Of a DNA stretch of 64,000 bases, positions 37,561-64,000 are shown piece after piece. Source of the DNA: Blastocystis sp. Blastoise (lineage: Eukaryota > Protista > Bigyra: Opalinata); contig JBBPEB010000033.1 of the NCBI GenBank assembly GCA_039096225.1, positions 558,001 through 622,000 on the forward strand, given 5' to 3'. The notes under the pieces are model-generated. The model made no database searches. It was not told the origin of the DNA and saw nothing but the letters and a program-made list of their open reading frames with translations. A program made the translations under genes and the position numbers. Numbering within the stretch: the first letter of the stretch is position 1; every line of letters starts with the position of its first letter.

Positions 37561-38080
37561 AAGCATATATTACTTATTATAAATGATATCTATTATATAT
37601 AATTGTTGTGTTACATAATAATATGAATGTTTCTTTATAAAAAAGTGATTCAGTGTTGAGATACACAAAAACATGCAATTTTAATACAAAAAAAAGAAGC
37701 AAACACATATTTGTAAGTATAAATATTATTATAACAGAAAGAGAGTAAGAGTAATAAATAATTAAGAACATTAAATAAAAACAAGGTTATTGTCAACAGT
37801 ACAAAAGTGTATAAGAATGAAACAATATATATATACTGTAAAGAATGAGAGAGAGTGAAATAGTAATATTTATTTTACATATATTATATTTAAAGCGTTA
37901 AAAAAATGAAGAGGGTTTTGAAGGGATAGAAGATTTATATATATAACTAAAATAAATAAAAAAAAATACAATATATACATTTGATAGGATATACTAAAAA
38001 AAGTGTATTATGTAAGCAAAAGAATATCTACAAAAAAATGATGTATACTATATATATATATATATACATATATATATTAT

Positions 38081-41507
<3,427 letters not shown>

Positions 41508-42583
41508 GTTGCTTTTATATATTCAAAATACTATACCAAGTGTTTATTTATATAAAAACAGACTGCTAAAACGATGTCTTTAGAGGTCAATGTGATTGTG
41601 TGTATTCTTATTGGAAGTCTTTACACGTCTACCAATAAGATTCCGATGAAAACAAATAGAATATTCAAAAGAATAAAAACACATCGGACTTTACAGGTCA
41701 GCAAAGATTGGGTTGACAAAACTAGGTCATTCTTGGTTCATCCAATATATTCATAGATTTCCCAATAAAAGGCGTGAAAGACCATAATCGTGAAACTATT
41801 GCTTCTTCTACGTATTTAATGAATATATCCATGAATTAAATTTGAAGATAAAATAAAAAAGATTTTCTAAATACAAAAACGTTTTTTTACCTATATAATG
41901 TGAGATCCCCAGTAATACAAAGAAATGAAAAATACGACGTAATCAAAGGGTTGTAATGACGTCGTTGATTTATTGTGTTCCAGATTAGTTAATTTTTCTT
42001 CTTCTTCGTTGTGTGTTTTCTTTTTATAATTCAGGGTTCGTTTTCAATCATATTCATATATTCATTAAATGGAAGAAGAAAATCAAAAATTTAAAATGAA
42101 GATGAAATTAAACATCAAAATATATTGCTTACTATTATTCTCATAAAAGAACTAATTAAAATGTATAAATTAGAGAATAACAGTAAGATATCGAGAATAG
42201 TTTTAAAGTTATTGATATACTTATTGAATTGCTTTTCAAATGATTTATTTAAATCTTTATATTTATCATGTTTAATAAAACAAATGGAGTATATGCTAAT
42301 CATCTAAATCAATAATTTTCTTAAGTAGGTCTGTAAAATACATTTTTTATCTATCATATAAAAAAGATCTTCCAATTAGTCGTAATATAAATATTTTATA
42401 AGTAGCTTCTACTGTTATTTCAACAAAACAAAATGTAGAGATTGCGATAAAATAAAGTAACATAAAAAACAAAGTTATTGACGATTAGAGATCACAAAGA
42501 AATGAAAACAAACATAGATACATTTATGCAGAAAGAAAAAATTAAAATACTAAAATACATAACAAAAATCTTAGAGAATATCT

Positions 42584-44475
42584 TTAATTAGATTCTTCAG
42601 AATACATCTTTTCAATAGCATCATGATAATGTTGATGAACGACATTACGTTTTAATTTCATTGTAGCAGTTAATTCACCTCCACCTACAGACATATCTTT
42701 CTCTAATAAGGTCCATTTACGTATCTTTTGAGCTTGAGAAATAGCTTTTTCATTATTATATTTCTCTATAATACTATTTATATATTGACTCCAAATAGGA
42801 TCATTCATAACTTCAGTAGTAGTAACAGAAGTAGAACCAAGAGATTGAGATTGTTTAAGAGTAAGAAGAGATAATTTATTAGTAGGTTCTCCTTGTGCAT
42901 CTACTTCAGCTTTAAGAGCAATAAGACAAGATAAATACTTCTTTTTATCACCAACAACAATAATATTAGAAATTGAAGGACATAATTCAATAATACTATT
43001 TTCAATATATACAGGAGGAATATTTTCACCTCCAGCAGTAACAATAAGTTCCTTAATACGACCAGTAACATAAAAGAATCCATCTTCATCTGTTTTACCC
43101 ATATCTCCTGTATGAATCCAACCTTCAGGATCTAAAGTCTTTAAAGTCTCTTCAGGATTCTTAAGGTATCTATATATAATAGAGTTTATAAGTGAATAAT
43201 AATAATAATATATAATAATAATATAATACTAATAATAATATTAATAATAATCAGTATAATACTAATAATATATACCCCATCATAGTTAATCTACCTCTAT
43301 ATTGTATTTCATCATTATCACCTATTCTCATTTGACAACCAGGAACAGCTTTACCACAAGCACCAATCTATTTATAACATAAATATATAATTAAACTTAT
43401 TATCTTGAATAATTATAGTTAATGGAATATAGGAAGATAAAATAATAATTATGATTAAATGAATAATAATATTTACCTTCCAATCGCCAATAGAATTGTT
43501 CATAGCAACAGGAGCAGTACCTTCAGATTGTCCTAAAAGATCTAAAATAGGCATATCAAAAGAAGCAAAGAAATTAAGAGTTTCTTCAGTGACAGGAGCA
43601 GCAGAAACAACAAGAGAACGACAACTATATATACATTAACAACAAATAGGGATATCGATAGATGAATGAATTATTTAACTAATAATAATGAGTGTATAAA
43701 GAAAATAATTATAATTATAATAGTTTAAAAAAAAAAAGAATATAAAAATAATATATACCATTCAAATCCAAGTAAAGTACGAATTTTAGAAAGAACAATC
43801 TTATCATATAAAGACATAAACCAAGGAACAATTTCCTTCTTTCCTGTTTGGCGGGAAAGACAATGAACTTTAGCAGCAACACGAGCTTTTTCAGTTAAGA
43901 ACTTAACAATACCCTATAATAATAATGATAACAATATATAATGATTCTATTTCTAAATAATATATTTATCTACTATATATATAATATAAATACAGTTTTA
44001 GCAGCAACTCCTTCTTTAAGAGCTTCCATCATCTTTTCATAAACACGGGGAACAGCCACAAATACAGTAGGTTTAGCTTTACGAAGAGTCTTTGTAAGTG
44101 TACCTTTAAGGGCCATAGTATCCGCTATATAATAAGTATAATTATTTATATAAGAAAGATTAATAGAATTATTTATATAAGAAATCTATATATATAAATA
44201 TACCTAAGTACATAGTCATAGAAGATCTACAAGGAAGCATCAAATCGACATATTGAGCAGCAATATGATTCAAGGGAAGGAAAGATATCTATATATATAT
44301 ATAAATTATATTATTGATTCAAAAAAAACAGCAGCAAATAGATAAAATAATAATGAAATATTAATAATAATAATAAATACTAAACGTTCATTATCAAGAA
44401 GAGGTAGATTTTTACGAATAGCAAGTGCGTTTGTCATACAACCATCGTGAGAACACATAACACCCTTAGGTTCAC

Positions 44476-44520
<45 letters not shown>

Positions 44521-45366
44521 TAGAAAATGAATTTTAATTATAATAATATTATTATGTATATACAGTAGTACCAGAAGTATAAATAAGAGTAGCACAGGAA
44601 CCAGGTTGGCATTTCTCAACACGGTCTAATACTTCTTCTTCCTTAATATCTTTACCAAGAAGTAAGAAATCTTCCCAAGTATATATCTTTGCTAACTAGA
44701 ACAATAAATAGATATAATAGATATAATAGATATAATAGATATATATTATATATATATATACTCCTTCTTTTTCTTCTACTTCAGGCATACCGTCTTCAGG
44801 CCAATAACTATAATAATAAAATAAATAATAAATAATAATATTAAATATAATAAATAAAAGAATAATATAATAAACATAGCATACACAACAATGGCCTTTA
44901 AATTAGGGAGTCTATCTCTGATAGAAGCGATTTTAGTGGCTTGTTTACCTCCTTGACAAAGACAAACTTTAGCTTCGCAGTGATGTAAAACATAATAACA
45001 AGCTTCAGGATTATTGGTAGTATAAATACCAGCAGGACAACAATCACTTAACCAAGTACCATGGCAAGTAAAGAAATATTCAGGTGAGTTAAAACCAATT
45101 GCACCTACAGTATCTTTAGGTTTTAAATCAAGAGCAATAAGAGCCTTTGAAACCTTGAGAGCTTCTTGATAGTAATCAGCATATGTATAAACTTTATCAT
45201 CCTTAGAAACTACAGCAGGAATATCAGCATAAACCTTACAGGCATTACAGAATTCCTTGGGAATGGTCGTAGGTTCAGGATTGAATTCAATTTCTGGACG
45301 TCTAACAATTTCTATAGTGTCAGTAATATGAATACATCTATGAGAATCAGGAAGAGTTGCTGCCAT
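42584..45366 (-). CDS. Long-chain fatty acyl-CoA ligase, ACSBG-like, copy B (10 exons)
   Basis: Same motifs as copy A. Tandem duplicate in the same orientation. All introns GT-AG. Confidence 0.93.
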
Positions 45367-46668
45367 TTTGATAAAAAATTAAAATATTATTTATCTTGTG
45401 TTTTTGAATAGAATATGATGTCATAAAAGGTCATGTTATCGTCTTTTGTTATTTAAATTAAAACCATAGAAAAAATGTCGTCATCCTCATATAATTGGCT
45501 TATCTACGACAAATAACCAATAGGATACACACGACCAAGACGTCGTCTATTTTCTTCTAAAAAAATAAATTAACGTGTATTTTTTAACATTTTCAACCAA
45601 TGAAAAGAAGAGAATTCTATGAAGTATTGGCAGACGTCATCACAAGGCTTCTTCCAGTCCTTTTTTTCTATTCGTTTTTTAAAAATTCTTACGATTATCT
45701 TATTCTATTTTAACTTGTTTTATTTATTTATTTTTGATGTTGTGTGATTCATTTGTATCATTCTAACAAAAATTAACAGCAAGCAATGCTAACAACTACT
45801 AAAAATTTTATTAATTCTAAAAACAGTTGAAAATTTAATTATTTACTTCTGATATTGTCGTGTTTATAATAATTGCATTCTGAACGCCATTAATATATAT
45901 GCTACGAATACTACTACTATTAAAAACTCTGAATATTTAAACAATCCAATAAATACATTATTTGAATAAGAATGTGTTGACAAATTATTATTATTTAAAT
46001 TGGATTTAGCTTAAAAGGAATATTTCTGTAAATTGGAATTCCATCTACTTTTCGTTACATCGTGATCTATGTTCACTTTGCAAGCAAATATATTATATAT
46101 ATATGTATATATAAACATATATGTACTGAAAAATTATCTCATATTCATTAACTACGTGAATTAAGTACTGAAACGTTTTTTTTTTGTGAAAAATAGTATT
46201 TATCAAATTGTTGCCACTTATTAACCGATGTCATACTTATATATTAAAGTAAATCTAAATAATAAATGATATAAAAATCATAATTTCAATTAATTACTAT
46301 CTTGTTGTCTTGTAATACTCTATATATCATAAGTAATAACTTCTTAAAGTCACTCTTATAGTATAATTATTATAAAACCATTTATTGATACAGAAATAAA
46401 ACAGATCATAAGCAAACAATAATTGAAAATACATTTTTCTATATTATGGTTACAACAGGAATAAAACAGAGAGTTGTTTATAATGAAATAATATATAAAA
46501 GCAATCAAATACACATTTCTTTGTTGAATTATACATTAAAGCAGGTACCAGTTTAATAGCGAGTATAAAAAATAAGCAGTATGTATATTTATAGTATTTA
46601 TATTTCTTAATATTAATGGATTCTATCTAAAGAAGATTTTTCAAAAAACATTTTTTTAAATACTAATT

Positions 46669-46954
46669 ATGTCTACTATTGAAGAGATCCAAAGCAAAGT
46701 ATATATGTATTTGCATTTATGAGTCTATCTACATTTTTAATTAGCTTCATTTATATGAAACACAACACATTGAGATTCAATCTCTAAAGAACAAAAAGCC
46801 TATATATCAAAAACAAGGTGATGTATTCTTTATCGTCCCTAAAGAAAAAGTAATAGAACAAATTGATAGTATGAATTTCATTTTATATCTCTTAGTGTTT
46901 TTAGAAAATGTAACAAATCTCAAGGATGAAATAAAAGCTCTTCAAAAAAAGTAA
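46669..46954 (+). CDS. Small (~70 aa) prefoldin-beta-like protein, ASDURF-like (3 exons; absent from the ORF track)
   Basis: Two short GT-AG introns give MSTIEEIQSK|LHLYETQHIEIQSLKNKKPIYQKQGDVFFIVPKEKVIEQID|KNVTNLKDEIKALQKK-TAA, a helix/beta-hairpin/helix pattern. Confidence 0.65.
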
Positions 46955-47233
46955 TGTTAGAAATAATTTATTTTAAGATGTTTGTTTGGTTGTTTTGTTT
47001 TTATTTTGTATGAAATAACTCAACTATATATAAAAAAAGAAAGAACTAGAAAACCTAATCGGAAAAGTACAAGTGAATAAAAAAAAATGATATAGATCAA
47101 AAAAGAAAAGAAGAAAATGAGAAAAAATGATAATGATAGAAAATAAGGTAATTTTAATAGTATATAATGAGTATATATATGCATATAATACAGAGATTTA
47201 TAAAAACTTAAATACATAACAAGTATATTAATA

Positions 47234-55055
<7,822 letters not shown>

Positions 55056-55833
55056 TCTTAAATGAATCACAAAGTAATAAGATGTTTTTCCGTGAAATAC
55101 TTCTCAAGTTTAGATTTTGTATTTGTTTTGTTTTATTTTTTGGAAATTTTAAATTATCTCAGTGAATTTCTTTATTTTTCGTAAAAACCTTATCATTAAG
55201 ATTTATTAAATAGCTGCTAATTCTCATATGAAGTGCTTCAGAACGAGTATGAGGTTCTCTAAAGCATCTTATATTTATTTATTGATGTTTCTACATTTTG
55301 AATGACATTTGATTCTCTTTATTTTTCATATATCGACAGCTATTTATATACAGATTGTTGTTTGTGACAATAGAGCATTGATTTATTTAGTAGAATCATT
55401 ATAGATACCTGATGTGAAAAAGAAATCCTTTTAGTCATGAGTTAAAACATTTCTTAACTAATTGTTCGTATTGTATATTGCATAATAGCAATATTTAAGA
55501 ACGTTATACTTGTGTTTAGGAACTGTCCATAATCTCAAATTTACTTTTAGATTGATCAAAAGACTTCTTATCGACTTTGATAAGTATTAAAGATGTTTAA
55601 ATGGAGTGATCTTGTAGAAATGACTATTTGAAAATGAACTTTTATTTAAATTTTACTCAAGTATTCTATTTGCTGAACTCATTTATTACACTTTTGAGCA
55701 CCCAATAGAATCAGGATTCTATGTCGTGTTTTTTTGGTTTCTCCTTTTTTTCCATGTTTCCCCCATTAATGTTCATGGTTTATGTTCTTTTTCTAATAAT
55801 TTTATTTATTGTTTTTGACACAAGACGTTTATA

Positions 55834-57783
<1,950 letters not shown>

Positions 57784-58059
57784 AAAAAGGCTGTTGCTGT
57801 CTTTAAGTAGAATATATACTTACTTGTTATGTGTACTTAAGATTGTTTTATCTTCTTACAATCACAACATCCAAGTTTTTATATTCTTTTCTTGTTAAAT
57901 TTAATTAGTGTTTTTATGTTCATAAAATACTATTAATATGTTTAATATCTTGTTTAGCTTGATTTTATTTTTGTTTATTATAACGATTATACAGTTTTAT
58001 TATAAATAGAAAATAGAAAATTAATAGAATAAAAGAATATGTTTCTATTTATAGTATAA

Positions 58060-59258
58060 TTAGAAGAGTTGAGGATAGAGTGATACAAGAGTACGACAAA
58101 AATGATTTAATGGAAATCCCATCACATTATAATAACAACCACGAATTCCTGTGATTAAACAGCCTCCAATGCCTTGAATTCCATAACCTCCCGCTTTATC
58201 CATAGGTTCACCTGTCTCTACATAGCCTATAAATATTGTTAATAAATATGGTTAATAAATATTATTAATAAATATCGTTAATAAATATTATTAATAAATA
58301 TTGTTAATAAATATTATTAATAAATATTATTAATAAATATCGTTAATAAATATTATTAATAAATATTGTTAATAAATATGGTTAATAAATATGGTTAATA
58401 AATATGGTTAATAAATATTGTTAAAAAATATTATTAATAATAATAAAAACAATAATAATAATAAAATAAAAATATATACTATGAATAATAGAATCACTTA
58501 AATTATCAAATTGAACTTCAGTACGTTCGTAAAATGTATGAATAACTTGCTTTGATTCTTCTTCACCATTAACTATATATATATAATATATTGACAACTT
58601 TAAGCATAATATATTAATAATAATATATAATACTTATAATAGCAACTCCACTAATCACGTGATGTATGTTATTACTGAAACTCCTAAATAACATATAATA
58701 ATAATAAATATAATAAACACAAATAATTCATAAGAAGCATAAATATACTAATAACAAATATAATAAACATAAATAATATATAATAAATAGAATAAATATA
58801 AATACTATATACTTTAACATTTCATAAGCATGATCTTTAAATTTTGGTTTTTCAACAATTTTATTGTCATATACAACTACTGTATCACAACCTGAATAAA
58901 TGAAATTAATAATAAATAATATATATATATATAGGATCTAACTTATTCTTATAAAACAAATATTAATTGATATACAAATATATAACAAAAATAGAATATA
59001 AATACCGATAATAATCTTTGGGAAAGGAGAAATGTGTTGTTCACGAAGCATTTTCGCAACAGATGACGCTTTTATAGTAGCGTTAGCTACTACATAATCT
59101 TCTGGAGTATATTTTGTTTTATCAAGATTTTCTTCAAAATCCGAAACAACTACTTGGAATTCAAGTCCTATTTGTTTAAGTATTTGAGATCTTCGAGGAG
59201 ACTTAGATGCCAACACGATTCCTAATTGGTTTAACTCAACTAATTTATCTAAAATCAT
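58060..59258 (-). CDS. Maf-family nucleoside triphosphate pyrophosphatase (5 exons)
   Basis: [20 protein letters not shown]|[29 protein letters not shown]. Confidence 0.92.
58230..58440. repeat. Intronic 13-nt tandem repeat (TTAATAAATATNN)
   Basis: Repeated ~15 times in the last Maf intron. Confidence 0.85.
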
Positions 59259-59527
59259 TATTATTAATTGTTTATCACAAGTTTTTCCAAAAAAAAAAAT
59301 TTTAATTGTTCTTTTATTATTTTTGTAGGTTAGTTTTTGAATTATATTGATTATCTAAAATTATCAGAAAAAGTATTTTTATTATGTGGATGAATCTAAT
59401 TATACGTACAAAACCTTTATAAATGTTTAGGAACAACACACATACAACATGTATATATAAATTTTATAAAAGTCTTTGTGACTAGAACATAGAAATAATA
59501 ACAGAAAATTATAAAGAATTCGTTAAT

Positions 59528-60259
59528 TTATTCATTGTCTTCATTGTTATCATCATCATCATCGTCATCATTATCTTCTTCTTCATCATTTTCATCATCA
59601 TCCTCTTCTTCTTCTTCATCATCCTCATTATCTTCTTCTTCTTCTTCTTCTTCTTCTTCCTCTTCGTCGTCATCATCATTATCGTCTTCATCATCTTCAG
59701 GAGAATATTCACCATTAGCTAAGGAATCAGTATTGATTTCTTCACCTTCATTTTCAACGACTTCATCAACAGCAACTGATAGCCAATGAATAAGAGGTTC
59801 ACAAGTAGATTTGATATAATCATAATATTTTTCAGAAATACAAGAATATGTATATTTTGATTCTTTAACATTATACCATAATTGAATAATATTTTCATTT
59901 AATAAACCTTCATCAAAGAAATATTTAATAACAATAGGTGTATATCCTCTTAATTCAGGGTTCAATTTAAAGTGTAATACTAAACCATGTAATAAACATT
60001 CCTGATAACTCTCCTTTTGTAAATAATATTTGAATAATTTATAATATTTATCAATAAGAATTCTAATTTCATCATGAGTATGACAAGGAGCAAATAAAGC
60101 ATGTGCGAGAACACTAATACGATCATGAGCCTTCAAACCATTGGCTAATTGAATTTCCTTTAAATAATCGTGATTTTCAGTAGAAGTATGTTCTTGTTTA
60201 ATATAATCAGCAACACGGACACTAGCATCCTCTATAGAATAATAATAATAATAGCAAGT

Positions 60260-60290
<31 letters not shown>

Positions 60291-61186
60291 TAAAAATATA
60301 CCAAAGTTCTTCATAAATTCTTTAGCTTCACTATCCTTACTGGATTTTTTAGAATGTTTATGTTTCTTTTCTTTCTTTTCTTTTTTCTCTTTCTTTTCCT
60401 TTTTCTCTTTTTTTTCTTCTTTTTCTGAAGATTCTTCAGTCTTTGATTTCTTACTCTTTTTCTTTTCTTCTCCTTTAGCAACAGTCTCGTATTTTAAAAT
60501 AAAACCAACTATAAATATATACATTGTTTTTAATAATAATATTTAAATATATATTGAATAAATAAAATATAGCATAACCATAAGAATAAATAAAAAATAG
60601 GATAACTATAATCATATAAAAAAAAATCATAATAATATACCTAATTTTGAGCTACTAGGAACTAATTCTTCAGCACCGCAAGCATCACATTTATGATATA
60701 TATCCTTCTTCTTTCTAATAATTAAACCAGTTTCAGGTAAATGACAATTAGGACATAAAACATAAACATCAATGAAACCATTTAACATTTTTTGCATATC
60801 AGCTTGAGGATGATCACCATTTACTGAAGCTTTTGAAGTCTTTTCATCAAATTTAGATTGAGCACCAAGTTCATAACCAAAATACTAAAAATAATAATAA
60901 AATGAAACTAGTTAGAATAAGTTTTTTGAAAATAAATAGTATACATAATGAAAAATATATGTATAAACTAGTTTTCATTGATACAGCATATTAATAGTAA
61001 AAATAAAGATGAATATACCTTGGTAATATAAGCCGGAGGACGATGAAGAGCATCGGCAACTTCAGTTACGTTATCAATGATAGTTTTAATACCATTACCA
61101 CGACCCTCGGTATGAACCAAAAGACGAGGCATCTTATAACGATAGGCGGGATCGTCAGAATTACCAATATTAATAAGACCAGACAT
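59528..61186 (-). CDS. EIF5: Translation initiation factor eIF5 with long acidic tail (4 exons)
   Basis: DPAYRYKMP, EGRGNGIKT, YFGYELGAQ, YVLCPNCHLPET, CDACG, W2-like region LIHWL, D/E tail. Confidence 0.93.
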
Positions 61187-61886
61187 TTTTACTTATTTCT
61201 TTTCTATATATATGAAAGATAACGTATGCAATACTCTAAAACTATTAAAATATTCTCATCTTATATATATACATCAAGTTTTATGTCTTATAAACAAATT
61301 AAGAATTCATAATTTTTTCTTTCTTGTTGAATGAAAAGAAACGTACGAATCCTGGGAATTTTGTTTTTTTAGCCACAAAATTAAATATCATACAATACAC
61401 AAAATGTATGGTTTTTCTCTGGTAAATCATATTCAGACAATTTCATATCAAATCTGAATGTATTTATATATTTTTTACTTTTTTAGATAAACAAATTTTC
61501 ATTATTATCAATCAATGATCTATCATTAAAGAATATATGATCTATACATTACATATTAAAGAAGCAGAAGAGCAACTAAACCCAAATTAAAGTTTCAATT
61601 TAACAACAATTGACAATTAACAAGCATAAAAATCAAAAGATCGAATAAAAAGAAAAAAAATAAGAAAGCTTTTTATTAAAAGCAAAAGAAAATATTAGTT
61701 AAGAATTATAGAATAACTAAATATAGGATGAAAACTATAAAGTAGTTTCTAAAAGAATGTATCTATATATATGAAATTTAAAAAAAAAAACAATGAGCTA
61801 TATAGAATGTAATACAAATAAATAGAAATAGTTAACAACATCAAAGAAGTAGGAACAAAACAAATATATATATATATAAATAAATA

Positions 61887-63590
61887 TTATAATAAATAAT
61901 ATTTTATGAAATAGGATAGAGCGACAACAAAGAGATTCGCTACAATAGTATAAACCACACGATGACGCACAGGGTGATAACTATTTGTATCTTCTGGCTT
62001 TATACCTATATATAAATAATATATAGGTATTTATATATACAATAAATTGAAAATATATATATTTTGTTAAAAGAAATAATAATAATAATATTATAATAGA
62101 AAAAACTTGTTTATAGAATACTATATTATATATATATATACCAGGAAGTGGGAAGTCACAGGTTTTGGCGGTATCTTTATGATTTTTAAGATCTTGATAA
62201 GTTTCTTCCCAAAGATCTCTACATGCTTGAAACCATTCTTCTTTAGTCTTATAATCATTAGGCATAATAATCTATATATATATATATAGATTATATGATG
62301 AATTCAGTGATTAATAATAATAAATATATATATATATATAATATATATATATACTCTAGAAACAGAAGAAACAAGTGTAGTATTAAATTCAAGACATAAG
62401 GCTTTTTCATTCAACATTTGTTCCTATATATAGATTATTATATACTTTTTCATTAAAAAATAAAATTTTTAATTTATATTCTTGATATAATCAATAAAAA
62501 CACATTATGAAAGTATAGTATATGATTATAATAATAATAATAAACATAATAATAATAAATATAATAAAGATAATAATAATAATAATAATAAACATAATAA
62601 ACATAATAATAATAATAATAACCATACTTTATTTGAAGTAAGAACACATTGAATAGGGCAATTAAGATTATAAGCTACTTCCATAACTCCTGTTTTTAAA
62701 GGTAAATATCCTTCTTCTTGGAAACGATGACCTTCAGGATATACAATAACACCATCATTATATCTATATAATAAACATAATAATAATAATAAATAATATA
62801 ATAAATAATATAATAATAAACATAATAATAATAATATAGTAATAAACATAATAAACATAATAAACATAATAAACATAATAATAAACATAATAATAATAAA
62901 AATAAGTATATCTATATTTCCAGTTATAAACAAAGAATTCTGTAAATTTAGTTCTATCAATGCCTCTTCTTCTTCTAAACAACCATATAAATCCATTTAA
63001 CCAAGCACAAAAGGCCATTCCAGGAACACCGAAAACAACAGCATAACGAGAAATATAACTAGGACCACCACATAAACAACTATATATATATATATTTTTT
63101 GTGGAAAAAAAAAATATATATATATAGGATTCTTCCAATAAATAATAACAATAATAATAATAATAATAATAGCATATATATACGTATCAGTAAAGAAATC
63201 AGCCCAAGAACGATGATTACAGAAAAACATGGTTTTGCCTTTGTGAAGCTCTTCAGATTTCTCTGTGACTCGTACATGTACATGAAGATAAGTCATAAAC
63301 TATAATTTAAAACAATTCATTAGTATTAAATGATATCTCAAATAAAAAATGAATTCAATATTAATTAATTATCATAAAAATAATTCATTACAACAAAAAA
63401 TAAAGAATATTATTTATAATTTTCAAAAAAAAAATACTCTTCTTGAAATCTTCCAGATATTACAATTCCATGTGAACATAGAAACAATGGCACTTATAAT
63501 AGCAACAAAATTTAAATACATAAGTACAATGAACGTTTTAGTAGCATTGTAAATCTTATGAATTAATGTAGTGTTCTTGTGCACAGACAT
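61887..63590 (-). CDS. 1-acylglycerol-3-phosphate acyltransferase (PlsC/LPLAT family) (7 exons)
   Basis: NHRSWADF (HX4D), YPEGHR, LKTG, PIQCV. N- and C-terminal hydrophobic segments. Confidence 0.87.
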
Positions 63591-64000
63591 GATTTAAAGT
63601 TAGAAAAGTAAATTAAAAATGATGATTTATGTTTTCTATAAAGAACAAGGAGACGGTCATTTAGAAGTCTATCAGAATGTGTGAATAAATATAAAAAATG
63701 ACTGGAGCTCACCAAATTAATCATGGTTTTCTTAGTACAACGTCTAGAGTATTCAAATCGAACATTACGTAGTTATTTTCAACCAATAAAATCTGTTGTC
63801 GTCATGAATAACTGTTTTCACTTTTTCCAATTTTCTAAACTATTCATTTTTTTAAATATTAATTATAGTATATATATGTCTTTTAAGTTACGTCAATGTA
63901 ATTCTAAAACTATCAGAATTATTTAAACAAAGAAATTCTCAATTATTGTTGATTCACTGACATAAAATCTTCAAAAAATAATAAGAAAATGTTTTATGTA

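Overview
This is a very AT-rich, gene-dense, intron-rich eukaryotic window using the standard genetic code. It tentatively comes from a Blastocystis-like stramenopile; this is an inference from ~35-40 nt 5' introns, a U12 intron, an Ig-repeat surface protein and a TGTTTGTT 3' motif. By manual splicing I reconstructed 24 protein genes (about 150 introns) and one tRNA-Gln(TTG). They include NAA15, SEC14-GOLD, 14-3-3, mRNA guanylyltransferase, pyruvate kinase, HSP90, eIF5, two metallophosphoesterases and two ACSBG-type acyl-CoA ligases. Main observations: (1) About 14 introns have non-canonical ends (TT-AG, AT-AG, CC-AG, GG-AG, GT-AA, GT-GA, GT-GG, GT-CT, GT-TA, GC-AA). In every case the deviant bases equal the bases the spliced mRNA has at that position. 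This is either mRNA-templated overwriting of genomic junctions with very relaxed splicing or, more parsimoniously, an artefact of polishing the assembly with RNA reads. (2) There is a bona fide U12 AT-AC intron. (3) A PHD + NPPF methyltransferase resembles plant EDM2. (4) Many introns are bounded by, or made entirely of, (TA)n. (5) There are unusual fusions (KHA-Rab, UEV-pseudokinase) and a hidden ~71-aa ASDURF-like microprotein. Most short ORFs in the supplied track are microsatellite noise. All protein family calls are by motif recognition only; no searches were run.
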